From the NCBI GenBank assembly GCA_964607575.1, contig CAZSLS010000002.1:25304-89303 (forward strand): 64,000 nt of DNA. The letters are read 5' to 3'. How positions within the stretch are numbered: the first letter of the stretch is position 1; the number at the start of each line of letters is the position of its first letter. The notes beneath the pieces are model-generated. The model saw only the letters and a list, made by a program, of their open reading frames with translations, made no database searches and was not told the origin of the DNA. The stretch comes from an uncultured Planctomycetaceae bacterium. Its GTDB lineage: Bacteria > Planctomycetota > Phycisphaerae > SM23-33. A program made the position numbers and the translations under genes. Positions 1 to 10,900 of this stretch are shown piece by piece.

Positions 1-1807
1 CAACATCACCACCGTACACGGCCTGTGGACAACAAACCCCGACGGGACCGGCGTGGAGCATTTCTACGGTAACAACACAATCGATCCGAACGTGGTCGTC
101 GAGGCTCGCGCGATTCCAGGCTCGCGGAAGGTGGTGGCCTCTGCCGTCGCGCACCACCGCTACTTCTCGGGGACCGTTATCGTCATAGATCCGTCCAAGG
201 GCGCCGACGGTCTGAAACCGCTGACACGAGTGACGCCCGAGGTCGCCTTCCCCGAGCGGCGCGCACACAGCTACAAGGGCAAACCGCTCAAGCCCGACGA
301 AAACGGTATCTATCCGTACGGTCTGCCCTACAACCTCAGCGACAAGACGCTATTCGCCGCCGGGCCTCACGAGCCCAAGAAAGCATCGGGCCCCTTCGCC
401 ATGCCATTCCCGCTGACAGAAGACCTCTTCCTGGTCGCCCGCATGGAGAAGAAGACCAGGAAGTTCGCGATATACCTGATCGACACGCTCGGCGGGCGAG
501 AACTGATCTACAGCGATCCGAAGAGTTCATGCTGGGCGCCGATCCCGATCCGCCCGCGCAAGAAACCGCCCGTGCGAGCGTCGCTGGTATCGCCCGATCC
601 GAGCGTAAAGGATGGAACGTTCTTCATCCAGGACGTCTACCAAAACCGCTTCGACTCACGCGGCGTGATAAAACGCGGCTCGGTCAAAGCAATGCGAATC
701 ATCCAACTGCTCGACCAACCGGCAGAGCGGGCAATACCGCGAGGACGCGTGCTGTTCGAACTGCCCAAGCGGATCCTCGGCACGGTCCCGGTCGACGCGA
801 ACGGGTCGGTCGCGTTTCGGGCGCCGGCCGGCGTTCCAATGCAACTGCAACTCATAGACGAAAACGCGATGGCTGTGATGACCATGCGATCGTTCGTCTA
901 CCTACATCCGGGCGAGACCGCCAGTTGCGTCGGCTGCCACGAACCAAAGACCACCGCCCCGCCGCCAGCACTGCGCGGCAAGGCCAAAATCCACGACATC
1001 ACCCCCCCGGCGTGGCGGACGTACGAAAAGGGCATGAGTTATAGTCGCACAATCCAACCCGTATTCGACCAATACTGCATCCGCTGCCACGGACTGGATA
1101 AAAATAATCCCATGTCGCTGATCGGCACGCCGCTGACGAAAACCTACAAGCAGACGGGCATATCGACCGATTGGCCCGGAAAGATCACCGTGCCCGCGAC
1201 GCATGGGTACCACAACCTTCTCGCCCGCCCGGGCGCCGTCGTCATCGCGCAAGCGTACAACGAGAACCTCACCAGCAAACCCAAAGACTACTTCGCCCAC
1301 GCGGGCAAACTCGCGAAAATGCTGCTGACCGGACACCCGGACAAGAAGGGCGCCAGTAAAGTTAAACTCGATCCGGCCTCGATGAGGCGGATCATCGACT
1401 GGCTCGACCTCAACGCGCCGTTTGCGGGCATGTATTCCTTCAACCGCCCGGAGAACCGGACCATCGACCCAGCCGGCGAAAAGGCGCTGCGGAAGCACAT
1501 CAAGAAGACGTTCAGCGAAAAACTCGCCGCCCAGCCGATCGCAGCCCTGGTAAACGTCGCCGAACCCGACGCCAGCCGGATACTCATGGCGCCTCTGGCG
1601 AAATCCGCCGGCGGATGGGAGCAGCTCGATCGCGCTTGGGCCTCGGCGGACTCATCCGGCTACAAGACCATGAAGAAGCTGGTCCGCAGCGCGATCGTAT
1701 TCGGCAAGTACAAGGACATCGCCGGCACATGCGGGCGCGGATCCAAAAACAACTGCCTCTGCAAAGCCTGCTGGATCCGCGAAGCGACAACGGCGAAGGG
1801 TAAGTAA
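1..1807 (+). CDS. Secreted beta-propeller/PSCyt-like CxxCH protein, C-terminal part (5' end outside window)
   Basis: The reading frame is open back to nt 2 with no stop. The sequence aligns by eye with the paralogue at 27760..30612 (…WTTNPDGT…EARAIPGSR…IDPSKG… vs …WTMNPDGT…EARAIPGSR…IDPAKG…). It has two CxxCH motifs (CVGCHEPK, CIRCHGLDK). Confidence 0.6.
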   Translation, partial: NITTVHGLWTTNPDGTGVEHFYGNNTIDPNVVVEARAIPGSRKVVASAVAHHRYFSGTVIVIDPSKGADGLKPLTRVTPEVAFPERRAHSYKGKPLKPDENGIYPYGLPYNLSDKTLFAAGPHEPKKASGPFAMPFPLTEDLFLVARMEKKTRKFAIYLIDTLGGRELIYSDPKSSCWAPIPIRPRKKPPVRASLVSPDPSVKDGTFFIQDVYQNRFDSRGVIKRGSVKAMRIIQLLDQPAERAIPRGRVLFELPKRILGTVPVDANGSVAFRAPAGVPMQLQLIDENAMAVMTMRSFVYLHPGETASCVGCHEPKTTAPPPALRGKAKIHDITPPAWRTYEKGMSYSRTIQPVFDQYCIRCHGLDKNNPMSLIGTPLTKTYKQTGISTDWPGKITVPATHGYHNLLARPGAVVIAQAYNENLTSKPKDYFAHAGKLAKMLLTGHPDKKGASKVKLDPASMRRIIDWLDLNAPFAGMYSFNRPENRTIDPAGEKALRKHIKKTFSEKLAAQPIAALVNVAEPDASRILMAPLAKSAGGWEQLDRAWASADSSGYKTMKKLVRSAIVFGKYKDIAGTCGRGSKNNCLCKACWIREATTAKGK

Positions 1808-1877
1808 AGCACCCAAAAACAATTGCAACTCGGCCACAAGCCCGTGTAGCAAGTTTTGTCGCAAGTTTGTCGCAAGT

Positions 1878-2924
1878 TCAAACCTTCCCCTTTCTGCGAG
1901 CTTTGCGGATACCCTCACGCGCCTCGTCGGCGGTTCTGCTTTTGGGGTCGATGGCAATGGCTTTTTCGAACGCGGTTATCGCCAGGGCATGCTGCTTGAG
2001 CCTCGAGTGGGCCAGACCAATGTTGAGGTGCGCCCGGGCATGATCGGGTCCGATGGCGATAGCCTTCTTCCAAGCGGCGATGGCAAGGGCGTATTGCCCA
2101 AGATTGCCATAGGCCGAGCCCGTGTTGTAGTGCGCCCGGGCAAAATCCGGCTTGAGGGCGATAGCCTTCCTGTAGGCGGTGATGGCGTCGGTGTATCGCT
2201 GGAGATTGCCCAGCGCTACCCCCAAGTTGTAGTGCGCCTCGGCGAGATCCGGATCCAGGGCGATCGCCTTCATGGCGGCCGCTCTGGATTCTCCATGCCG
2301 CCCTAACTCGCCGTAGGCCAGCGACATGTTGTTGTACGCCTCAACGTAGTCGGGCTTGAGGGCGATCGCCTTCCGGCAGGCGGCGACGGCTTGGGCATGT
2401 CGCTTCAGCCTGCAGTAAGCGAACGCCATGCTGCAGTGGGCCTCGGCGAAATCCGGATCGAGGGCGAGGGCCTTCTTGTAGGCGGCGATGGCGTCGGTGT
2501 ATCGCCCGAGCTTGCCGGAGGCGCGGCCGATGTTGTAGTGGGCCCTGACGTAATCCGGTTTGAGGGCGACAGCCTTCCTGAAGGCCGCCAGCGCATCGGC
2601 GTATCGCCCCAGACGATCGTAGGCGCAGCCCATGTTGTTGTGCGCCTCGGCGAAATCCGGTTTGAGGGCAACCGCCTTCCGGAGAGCGGTGACGGCCTCG
2701 GCGTATTGACGGTGCTGCAGGTAGGCGACGCCCCTGTTGTAATACGTTCTGGCGTTACCGGCGTTAATGACGATGGGCTCGACGCGCCGGGGCCCGCCCG
2801 AAGGGTCGTAATCCCCATCGACGTTCACACGGGCATCACAAGCGCATAATAAGGCAGACAGCATAACAACCGCCAGACCGGCCGCAATATACAGAATCCG
2901 CAATTGTCTCAGTTTCCGGAACAT
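1878..2924 (-). CDS. Tetratricopeptide (TPR) repeat protein with an N-terminal membrane anchor
   Basis: There are about nine tandem 34-aa TPR units (…AEAHNNMGCAYDRLGRYADALAAFRKAVALKPDY… repeated). An N-terminal hydrophobic segment is present. The start was chosen at MFRKL because a GGAGGAG Shine-Dalgarno sits 9 nt upstream; the ORF-track start at 3077 lies further upstream. Confidence 0.8.
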   Translation of the reverse strand: MFRKLRQLRILYIAAGLAVVMLSALLCACDARVNVDGDYDPSGGPRRVEPIVINAGNARTYYNRGVAYLQHRQYAEAVTALRKAVALKPDFAEAHNNMGCAYDRLGRYADALAAFRKAVALKPDYVRAHYNIGRASGKLGRYTDAIAAYKKALALDPDFAEAHCSMAFAYCRLKRHAQAVAACRKAIALKPDYVEAYNNMSLAYGELGRHGESRAAAMKAIALDPDLAEAHYNLGVALGNLQRYTDAITAYRKAIALKPDFARAHYNTGSAYGNLGQYALAIAAWKKAIAIGPDHARAHLNIGLAHSRLKQHALAITAFEKAIAIDPKSRTADEAREGIRKARRKGKV

Positions 2925-3006
2925 ACCGTACCTCTCCTCCTGGTGTTCGCCGGAGGGCTTGTCAATCATTGCCCTGGCGCGGGAATCAAGTATGGAATAC
3001 AAAGCG

Positions 3007-4320
3007 CTACTGCCCGAAGATTCCCATGATCGCGCTGAGGGGATCGCTGCGGGGTTTGGCGCCGGTTGAGGGCCCACCGCTCGTCATCGCCACCATAACC
3101 TTGGCGAACTTCTCCTTGACCAGGATAATGTCATCACCGGCGAGGCTCGCATCGGCGAGCACGTCGCTGCCGTCCTGCCTTATCTTGACAGCATCGAGGG
3201 TCTTGGCAACGACTCCCAGGACGGACTTGACATCACTGTCCTTGGCGTCGGCGACGATCCCCTTGATCGTGAGGAGCCCCATAGCCTTGAAGCCGTCGAC
3301 CAACTTGAGGGCCGTCTCAGCATCGTTGTCTGTCGCAAAGGCCGCCGCGACCTTCAACTCCACACCGGAGGCGATCGAGAATCCCAGCCCGCCGCCCTTC
3401 ATCGAGGAGAAGATGGGAGGACCCTTGGCGATCTCGTCTTTCAGGGCATCGGGCATATACATCGCCACGAAGCTGGCCTCGCCGGATACCCGGTCCATCG
3501 CCGAACGCAGGGAATCGTTGAGCGCCTCGGTATTGCCCCCCTTGACGCGCGAGATGGTTTTCGTCAGCGCCTCGACGCCGCCGGTCTGGATCATGCAGAC
3601 AGTGGCGGTATCGGTCTTGGCCAGCACGCCCCGCCGTCCGAGAGGGACGTACTCGACACCTTCATGCTCTTTGACCATCGCCGCCATCCTCGGGTCCAGC
3701 ATTTCCTTGAACGGTATGTCTTTGGTCGTGCGGACTACGATCGTGGGCGCCGGCCTGAATCTCTTACCGGGCGGAGGCTTGTCCAGGAGAACCACAAACG
3801 CCGAGACATCCTCGGGCTTGAGCGTTATCGGAGCGTCCTTCATCCCTTTGCTGACGAATTCCTCCAGGCCGAGCTTTTCGTACAGATCGCTCTTGATGAT
3901 GTTCTGGATATCGATGCTCGCGACGGCAAACGTATCTGCCGACGCGTACTGCCCGATGACCGACGAGGAAGAACCACCAAACATATTCGGAACGAAGACT
4001 ACCAGAAGAAGCACAAGCACGATCGCCGCGGCGCCTATCGAACCGAAAACTATCAGGTTCTTCTTCCCGCCTCCATCCGGACCGGTCGACCGGACCTTGC
4101 GCACCGGCGCCTTTGCGGGCGATTTCGGGCGAGCAGGCGGCTGCGGCTGGGGCGCCGGTTGGGGAGCGGCCTGGGGAGCAGCGGGCTGCGTACCAGCGGC
4201 GGAGGGTAACTGGGGAAACTGGAAGACAGTCTGGCACTTACCGCACTTGACCTTCTTTCCAGCCACGTTTTCCGGGCCGCGGACCGTTACCTGGCAGGAG
4301 GGACACTTCGCTGTAATCAT
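3007..4320 (-). CDS. MJ0042-type zinc-ribbon membrane protein (zinc ribbon, Pro-rich linker, TM, large C-terminal domain of unknown function)
   Basis: The N-terminus MITAKCPSCQVTV…KVKCGKCQTVFQF is a CPxC…CxxC zinc ribbon. It is followed by a PAAPQAAPQPAPQP linker and one hydrophobic helix (IVFGSIGAAAIVLVLLLVVFV). The start was set at MITAK; the longer ORF-track N-terminus has poor coding character. Confidence 0.55.
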   Translation of the reverse strand: MITAKCPSCQVTVRGPENVAGKKVKCGKCQTVFQFPQLPSAAGTQPAAPQAAPQPAPQPQPPARPKSPAKAPVRKVRSTGPDGGGKKNLIVFGSIGAAAIVLVLLLVVFVPNMFGGSSSSVIGQYASADTFAVASIDIQNIIKSDLYEKLGLEEFVSKGMKDAPITLKPEDVSAFVVLLDKPPPGKRFRPAPTIVVRTTKDIPFKEMLDPRMAAMVKEHEGVEYVPLGRRGVLAKTDTATVCMIQTGGVEALTKTISRVKGGNTEALNDSLRSAMDRVSGEASFVAMYMPDALKDEIAKGPPIFSSMKGGGLGFSIASGVELKVAAAFATDNDAETALKLVDGFKAMGLLTIKGIVADAKDSDVKSVLGVVAKTLDAVKIRQDGSDVLADASLAGDDIILVKEKFAKVMVAMTSGGPSTGAKPRSDPLSAIMGIFGQ

Positions 4321-4524
4321 CGTTCTCGCTCTATGTAATCGACATTTCGCTTCGCGGCGCCTATGGCGTCCCCGACAGCCTCTCTCCCCGCAACTTCCGC
4401 AGGGCTCCTGCAGTGATTGTATCCAATACAGCGCGTCAGGCAAGCGCCTTCGTCACTAACATCTAACTGCGCTCTTACCCCATTTGCACCGTAAGCGGTG
4501 TCGTCCGATCATTTCCGGCTTGAC

Positions 4525-5760
4525 TTACTCCGGGGATTTGGTCATTGCCCTTGCCTTGGCTACCCAGTCCATCAGAATCTGCGGTAACTGATCCAAGTCT
4601 GAAGCACTCAACGTGTCGAGCGCCACCTCCAGGTGCCTGGTGAATGATTCCCGGCTTTCCTCCACGGAATCCCACTCTTCGAGCCATGTTCCATCGGGCC
4701 GGTATCGCTTGGGGGAAACACTGGTCCGGTGCCCCTCCTCGATATGAACAACATAGCGGTAAACGCCCAAGACCTTCTGAATGAGTTCTGGAGGGAGATT
4801 CTCCAACTCAGGAGTATATATTTCCTCAGGAAAGTCGCGGGGAACGGGGGACGGTATCGCCATGGTTTGTCGGCAGATTTGCTCTGGTAAACGTTGTGGG
4901 CTTCTCAGCAGTGCCTTGGGCACAGACAGCATCGCGCTGACCATCTGACGATCTTCGGGTATGGTTGCGATAGTACTTCCATCCGGCGAGAGCAACTTAC
5001 CCGGGCCTTCAGCGCAGCTATCCACAGAAACGAGATTCCCGCGCCATGATGCGACGGTATCGCCGGAGTCGACGAGTTGGCCTTCATGGACAAGAAGGGT
5101 TTTGATCCTGGCGGAGGAACCATCAGGGTCCGTCCTTGTTGTGACGCAGCGATTAGCGAATGTCTGATAGACTGCCCCATAGTCTCCTGCGTCGTAGAGT
5201 TCTCCGTTGAAAGATTCCAGTGCCCACACGAGGCCCGATCGAGTGGCGACTTCTCTTCCCGTGAAGGTATCGAAGACCGAATTGTAATCACCTCCATCGT
5301 ATAGGCTGCTCAGATGAGAACACAGTGAGTGGACCTGCCCCTTTCTTCTGGCGACAATCTGACCTGAGAATGTATCATAGATTTCCCCCGAAAGGCCCGC
5401 GTCGTACAGCTTGGCGTCGTGTTCGCACATCACGTGGATGGTGGTGCCCTTCCGGGTGAGCGCCAGCTCGCCGCCGACAGTCTCGTGCAAGTAGCCAACA
5501 CCGGAACTGAAGTTCGAATAGTAGTCCCACACAATATCATTGAAGATAACGAAGCCCTTGGCGTCGCCTTCGCGCTCGCCCAGGCATTTCATCACGCGAC
5601 CGTCGTACGCGTAGATTTTACCGGTGCCCGAAAACCAGTCGGTTCCAATGAGCAGGATGTCATCAGATCTCCAGGATCGCCCGCCTGTGCGCAAGTTGGC
5701 TGAGATGGACGCTCGCGAACCCCCGGTGACCTTTGAGAGTATCCCGTGAAAAAATCCCAT
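4525..5760 (-). CDS. Hypothetical repeat protein (Kelch/propeller-like 'LYDxG…TFxG' repeats)
   Basis: This is a 411-aa ORF with no signal peptide. Internal repeats include …KLYDAGLSGEIYDTFSGQ…, …SLYDGGDYNSVFDTFTGR… and …ELYDAGDYGAVYQTF…. Confidence 0.45.
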   Translation of the reverse strand: MGFFHGILSKVTGGSRASISANLRTGGRSWRSDDILLIGTDWFSGTGKIYAYDGRVMKCLGEREGDAKGFVIFNDIVWDYYSNFSSGVGYLHETVGGELALTRKGTTIHVMCEHDAKLYDAGLSGEIYDTFSGQIVARRKGQVHSLCSHLSSLYDGGDYNSVFDTFTGREVATRSGLVWALESFNGELYDAGDYGAVYQTFANRCVTTRTDPDGSSARIKTLLVHEGQLVDSGDTVASWRGNLVSVDSCAEGPGKLLSPDGSTIATIPEDRQMVSAMLSVPKALLRSPQRLPEQICRQTMAIPSPVPRDFPEEIYTPELENLPPELIQKVLGVYRYVVHIEEGHRTSVSPKRYRPDGTWLEEWDSVEESRESFTRHLEVALDTLSASDLDQLPQILMDWVAKARAMTKSPE

Positions 5761-6202
5761 TTCCCGACTCCTTTCTCAGTCTATTCCCTGCCAACAAATC
5801 ACGGAATATATCTCGCGGTCGCCGGCACAGGATTTCGATATATTCTTGGGACTATTTCCCTGGCGCAACTTGGCGGTGAGCATTTTTTCATAACCCTGTT
5901 TCACCATTTATAGAACCTTCTTTCTCCCATAACAAGGGTGCATTGGGATTCTCCGGATCCAGGCAACGGCGAACCAGCAATCCCGACTTCACTCTTCGCT
6001 TACAGCTTCCGTCGTAACAGGCAAGCCCGACCCACCGTCGGGTACGTGTTGAGCGGGCGAAGACGCCGAGCCGTTCGTAGACGCGGCGTCTACGATTACG
6101 GCTTGGCGCCTGCTAGAACATCACTGTTTTCGCGACATGAGCGCCCCATTGCACGGCTCGATGGGCATTGAATGCGTCATTGGGATCAGGCCCGATCATG
6201 TT

Positions 6203-7861
6203 TTAACGGTCGATGCGGATTACGATGTCGTTGCGGTCCTCGTCATCGCCGCCGTCGTCCTTGAGATTCTTGCCAACGCTGTAAACCACGTAACCATCGC
6301 CCTTGCGAGCGTATTTCAGCGGTTTCCCCGTGAAGCGGTCGCCGGGCACTACTTTTAGATACTTCGGCCACAAGGCCGCCAGCGTTTCGGGGTATTGGGC
6401 CTTGTCGGCTTTGTATGCAATCATCGCAAACGATATCCGCGTAAGGTCCGCCCTGACATGAATGTCGTACCAGATTCCGAGGGTCATATCGACCTGTTGC
6501 TTCGGGTATGCCACATCCTGCGCAAAAGCCCGGCTGAGTTCCCTGACGTTTTCGATACCGATCCTGTCCACAGCCTTATCGAAGCGCTGAACCATGTGCT
6601 CTATCGCCGCTTTCATCTCATCAGGGTCACTATGGTCGAGCTTCACCGCCTCGACGTCCACCAGGCCTTCGTCGATGATCTGCTTCCGGATCTTCTCCAA
6701 CCCGGACCTGGCCGCCGCGAGAGTCGGCTGCCGAAGCGCCTTGACCCATTCGTCCAGCAGTTGGTTGTACGTCGTAAGAAGCAGATCCCAGTCCACATCG
6801 ACCGGCACCCGCGTCTTACCGTCTTCTTCAAATACGGGCAGCCCCTCACGGCCGCTCATCATCCAGAATTCGAGCATCTGCATACGCTCGCCAACGTTGA
6901 TGACGTCGGCGAGGGCGGGCAGTGCTTTGAGTTGCTGAAGTTGCTTCGAATACTCTCTCGCCTGAGATGCCGAAAGCTTCCCACTGGCGATCAGCGCCGA
7001 GTCGCCGTCATACGCACTCTTGTCAACCGCTATTGCGATCAGAAGGTGGACCATCATAAGATCGTCACCCAACAACCTCGCCAGCCGGTGGACAGTCAGC
7101 AGATCCGCCAGGGCCTGATCGATATCGCCATCGCCGGCCTCGAGCATGGCCCGGGTCACCAGCGTCCGCGCCAAGCCCACGCATCGCCTCATCAGATCCA
7201 GCGGCCCGGGCAGACTATCGAGGATAGACGGAGGATCGGACCATGATACTGCCGGAACGAAATAGCGAGGGCGTTTGCTTGCCTTCGTAACCAACTCCAA
7301 CGGTCCGCGATTCATCTCGAGCCATTTCGCGTATCCCGGATGATCCTCGCTCCTGGCCGGAACGGGGCTCTCAGTGAGTTTATCCCTACTCTTGAAGAAC
7401 CGCTCCTCAAACCCGGCGGCCTCGTCGCTGTCGGGAGCATCCGGAAAGACCTTGCTGACATAATCGTTAGCACTAACGAAGTAATTCCCCTTCTCGGGCC
7501 ACTGGTCTATTTCGAGCAGTTCGAGCATTCTTTTCTCGATTGCATCGACCTTCGGATCATTCTCTCCGCATCGCATGGCCTCCGGCCCGATCGCCCGGAG
7601 CAGCAGCACCGCCGCGTTATTATCTCGCGTCACCCCCTTGCCGTTTGCGATGTTATATGCAGCCACGTAGTTGACCGTACCATCTTCATTGAGCGGTCCG
7701 GTAAAACACGTAGTTGCCTTGGAGATGGTGACCTTCATTTCCGGAATCTCAACGACATCCTCGCGTGGCCGCCTCCTGCACCCCGGTGGACACACCCACA
7801 CCACCGCCACGACCAGCCCCGCGACGATCAACTGCATCCAATGCGTACGATCTTTTCTCAT
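6203..7861 (-). CDS. Hypothetical secreted protein
   Basis: This is a 552-aa ORF. The N-terminus has a hydrophobic signal-like segment (MRKDRTHWMQLIVAGLVVAVVWVCPPGC). I recognise no domain. Confidence 0.45.
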   Translation of the reverse strand: MRKDRTHWMQLIVAGLVVAVVWVCPPGCRRRPREDVVEIPEMKVTISKATTCFTGPLNEDGTVNYVAAYNIANGKGVTRDNNAAVLLLRAIGPEAMRCGENDPKVDAIEKRMLELLEIDQWPEKGNYFVSANDYVSKVFPDAPDSDEAAGFEERFFKSRDKLTESPVPARSEDHPGYAKWLEMNRGPLELVTKASKRPRYFVPAVSWSDPPSILDSLPGPLDLMRRCVGLARTLVTRAMLEAGDGDIDQALADLLTVHRLARLLGDDLMMVHLLIAIAVDKSAYDGDSALIASGKLSASQAREYSKQLQQLKALPALADVINVGERMQMLEFWMMSGREGLPVFEEDGKTRVPVDVDWDLLLTTYNQLLDEWVKALRQPTLAAARSGLEKIRKQIIDEGLVDVEAVKLDHSDPDEMKAAIEHMVQRFDKAVDRIGIENVRELSRAFAQDVAYPKQQVDMTLGIWYDIHVRADLTRISFAMIAYKADKAQYPETLAALWPKYLKVVPGDRFTGKPLKYARKGDGYVVYSVGKNLKDDGGDDEDRNDIVIRIDR

Positions 7862-7923
7862 CTACCCATACCCCAAATTGACAGACCAAAGTATACCACA
7901 TTCCACACCGCGCCGCATCTACG

Positions 7924-10900
7924 TCAGTCCATACAGACGACCTTCCCGTTCTTCAGCGAGATGAAGAGTTGCCCGTAGGCTGCCGCTGCGCCGTCGAATA
8001 CCGGGTCGGATTCGAGTTTGTATTGGCCTGTGCGCTTGCCGTCGTCCACGGAATATACCTGCAGGACCGACTCGTGCGGGTCGGGGTCGCCGGGGCTCTT
8101 GGGTCGGCCGGTTTTTAGCTCTATCGCCATCGAATCGAGCCAGCCGGCCAGGAATAACTTCTTCCCGGCCAGGACCATTGCGCGGGGTTGGATCATCTCT
8201 TCGATTGACCATGATGTGGCTGCCGGTCCCCTGGCGGATTTCTTTTTCCCGACGGCTGATATCTTCGAGCCGAATACGAAGAAGTCCTTCTCGTAGCGCG
8301 TGAATTTCTGGTGGAGGTGCCCGTCCTGCTTGTACTTCTCAGCCTGGGATTTACGGATGTGCTTCAGCCTCGTGTAGGGATTGCCCACGCCGACGGTGAC
8401 GCCGTCGTTGTAGGCGACGAGTTGTCCGGCGACCTTCCGGTACTTCCAGCCCTTGCGATGGAACCACGTGCTGTCGAGCAGTCCGGTAGATGAGACAATC
8501 GTCCCACCTCCCTTCCCGCCGGGGCGAAGAGTCTTGCTCATGCGCATCTCGCGCATCGCAATCGTGTTTCCATCCGATATTAGAACATCGACCAAGGCGC
8601 CCTTGCCCTTGCGATCCTTGCCCCAATAGCCTGACGCCACGATGCGACTATACTTCTGCTCGCCCGTCCAGACGTCCAGGCCGTACAGGCGAATACCGCC
8701 GTCGAGGAACGATGAGCGCCCCGCGGCGAAATAGGCGACGTCTTCCATTATCAGCACGCTTCCGCTGACGGCCAGCGGAGATTCGAGCCGATTGCCCGAA
8801 CCCACGCGGCGCTCCACGGCGGAAACTTTGAACCGCCAGCCGAGCCGCCCGTCGGCCGCATTGAGGCAGTAGACCGATCCATCACTACACCCGACAATAC
8901 ACAGGCCCTTGTATATGGTGGGCGGGGAATCGATCGGACCGGCGGCCAGGAATTTCCATTTCACTTTACCGTCTGCTCGGGCGAGGCAGTGGACGGTGTA
9001 AGCATCCTTTTGGGCGACGAATACCTTGTCGCCGGCGATCACCGGGGCGGTGAGGTTGTCGCCGAGTTTGGCCTCCCATTTCCGCTTGAGCTTGTCGCCC
9101 AGTTCGCACTTGGCTGACCCGCTGCGCGAGATACCGCCCCGATAGGTCGGCCAGCCGTCTTTTGAAAACAGGACATCGGGCGATGGAGAGTCTTTTCGCC
9201 CTGACACATCTGTCCAGGCGGAGCCCTTCTCCAACGCCGGGACAATCTTGACCTCGTCGGCGGAACTGCTCTCCATGAGTGCGAAGAAACCGTTGATCCG
9301 CATGCTGTTGTAGCATTGGCAGGGGTCCGGCGGCACGTAGATGTAACCGTTGGCGGGCATGATTCCGTATTGGCAAATTCCGCGGACCCACTGGTTCGTC
9401 GCATTCTTTTTGGTCTTCACATCGACCAGTTGTATACCGCTATGCCCGATCAGAACGTACTTTTCGGTGGCCTTGTTGCGGTAGCAGCGATGGTGATGCT
9501 GGTTGCGGACGAATGGCAGTTCGTCGGTGATCTCCCCGGTGTTGATATCGACACCGACGCCGGTCTTGGCCTGCTTGAGGAAGTTCTCGCCGGGTATGTT
9601 AATGCCCGTGGTGACCATGCCCTTCTTGTTGGTCCTGCTCTTTCGCCAGATGCTCTTTCGCATCGGGGCGGTCCAGGCCTTGTCGCCAATGACGAACAGG
9701 TCGCCGGGCGAGCCGAAGCCGATCGACCCCTTGTTTTCCCAGAGTTTCTTCCCATCCTTGACCGCAAACCCGTGCAGGCGATTCCAGGTCAGGCACATGA
9801 TAACGTCGTCGCGGACGACAACCGTCGGGGCGTAGCTGCGGATGAACTGGCCTTCGGTTTTGAACTCAGAGGCCCATTGCTGCTTGCCGCTTTCGGCGCT
9901 GAGGCAGTGGAGCTGCTCGCTGTCCAGATAGAACACTTTGTCGCCCCGGGCACACAGCGACAGCGGGGTAATACGTTTGAGATTCTCACCGTCGGCGGAC
10001 CAGAGTTTCTTACCGGTCTTGGCGTCGTATGCGACTATCGACTTGTCGATGAGGGCCTTTTCGTGGACGGCCAGTTGCCAGTATCCGAAGCATTTGTCGG
10101 ACTTGGCGATCAGTATGTTCGGATCGCCTTTGACCACGAGTAGCATACCGTCGTGGTAGATGAGCTCTTCGGCCTTGTCCGAGCCGGGGTAGGTCGCCAG
10201 CGTCTTGCCCGTCGCGGCGTCGAGCTTCACTGCAGGGGCGGTCAAGCCGAGCGTCACGTAGACACTGTCGCCGACGGAGACTAAGCGGCGCGGGAGCTGC
10301 TTGGGCCCGGCGCGAAAGTTGTACAGGTGCGTCATCCAGGTTGGAATATCGCGCTTCCAGAGCAGTTTCCCGTTGAAAGCGTCGCGGGCGATGAGCTTCC
10401 AGTCCGGCGGGCGGTGGACCACGGAGATCGATCCTTCATCGTAGATGTAGAACAGTCGCCCGTTGCTGGAGGTCATGGCGCTGAGGCTGGCCAGCGCGTC
10501 GTGATGACGGGCGTGTTTGGGCGGGGCCCACCATTGCAGGCGGCGGGGATGCCCGACCTTCCTGTCCCTGCTGACCGCGTTGCCCGAGGCGTCGTAGAGG
10601 AAATGCGTCCACTGGTCGATATCCTCGGGCCAGGGCTTTGTGTACTCGGTCCATCCGCCGATCTGCCCGGTCTTCTTTAGGCCGGATGTTTTCAGCAGCG
10701 CCGAATCAGACTTGATCAGCACCACGCCCCGGGGAGTGAGTACTCGCTCGATTTCCTTGGCGGTCAGCTTCGCGGGGGCTTCGATCAGGAGCAGGTTGAC
10801 GATATTGTCGCCGTGCGGCAGGTTCTTACCATCGTACCGCTCGGCGGAAACCTTACCGTACAGACCGAGCGAGTCAATGTGCTTTTGGGCTCTTGCGACG

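Noticed and set aside
2969-4459. 496-aa plus-strand ORF, plus other long ORFs such as 9316..10143, 18282..19121, 20069..20584, 22269..23150, 23494..25041 (-), 27778..29571 (-), 41307..42119 (-), 43782..44576 (-), 44578..45927 (-), 59166..60809 (+) and 61274..61900 (+)
   Set aside because: Each lies antisense to, or out of frame within, a gene with clear domain homology. Their translations are low-complexity and Arg/Pro/Ala-rich, typical of the non-coding frames of high-GC DNA. None has a recognisable motif or a plausible ribosome-binding site.
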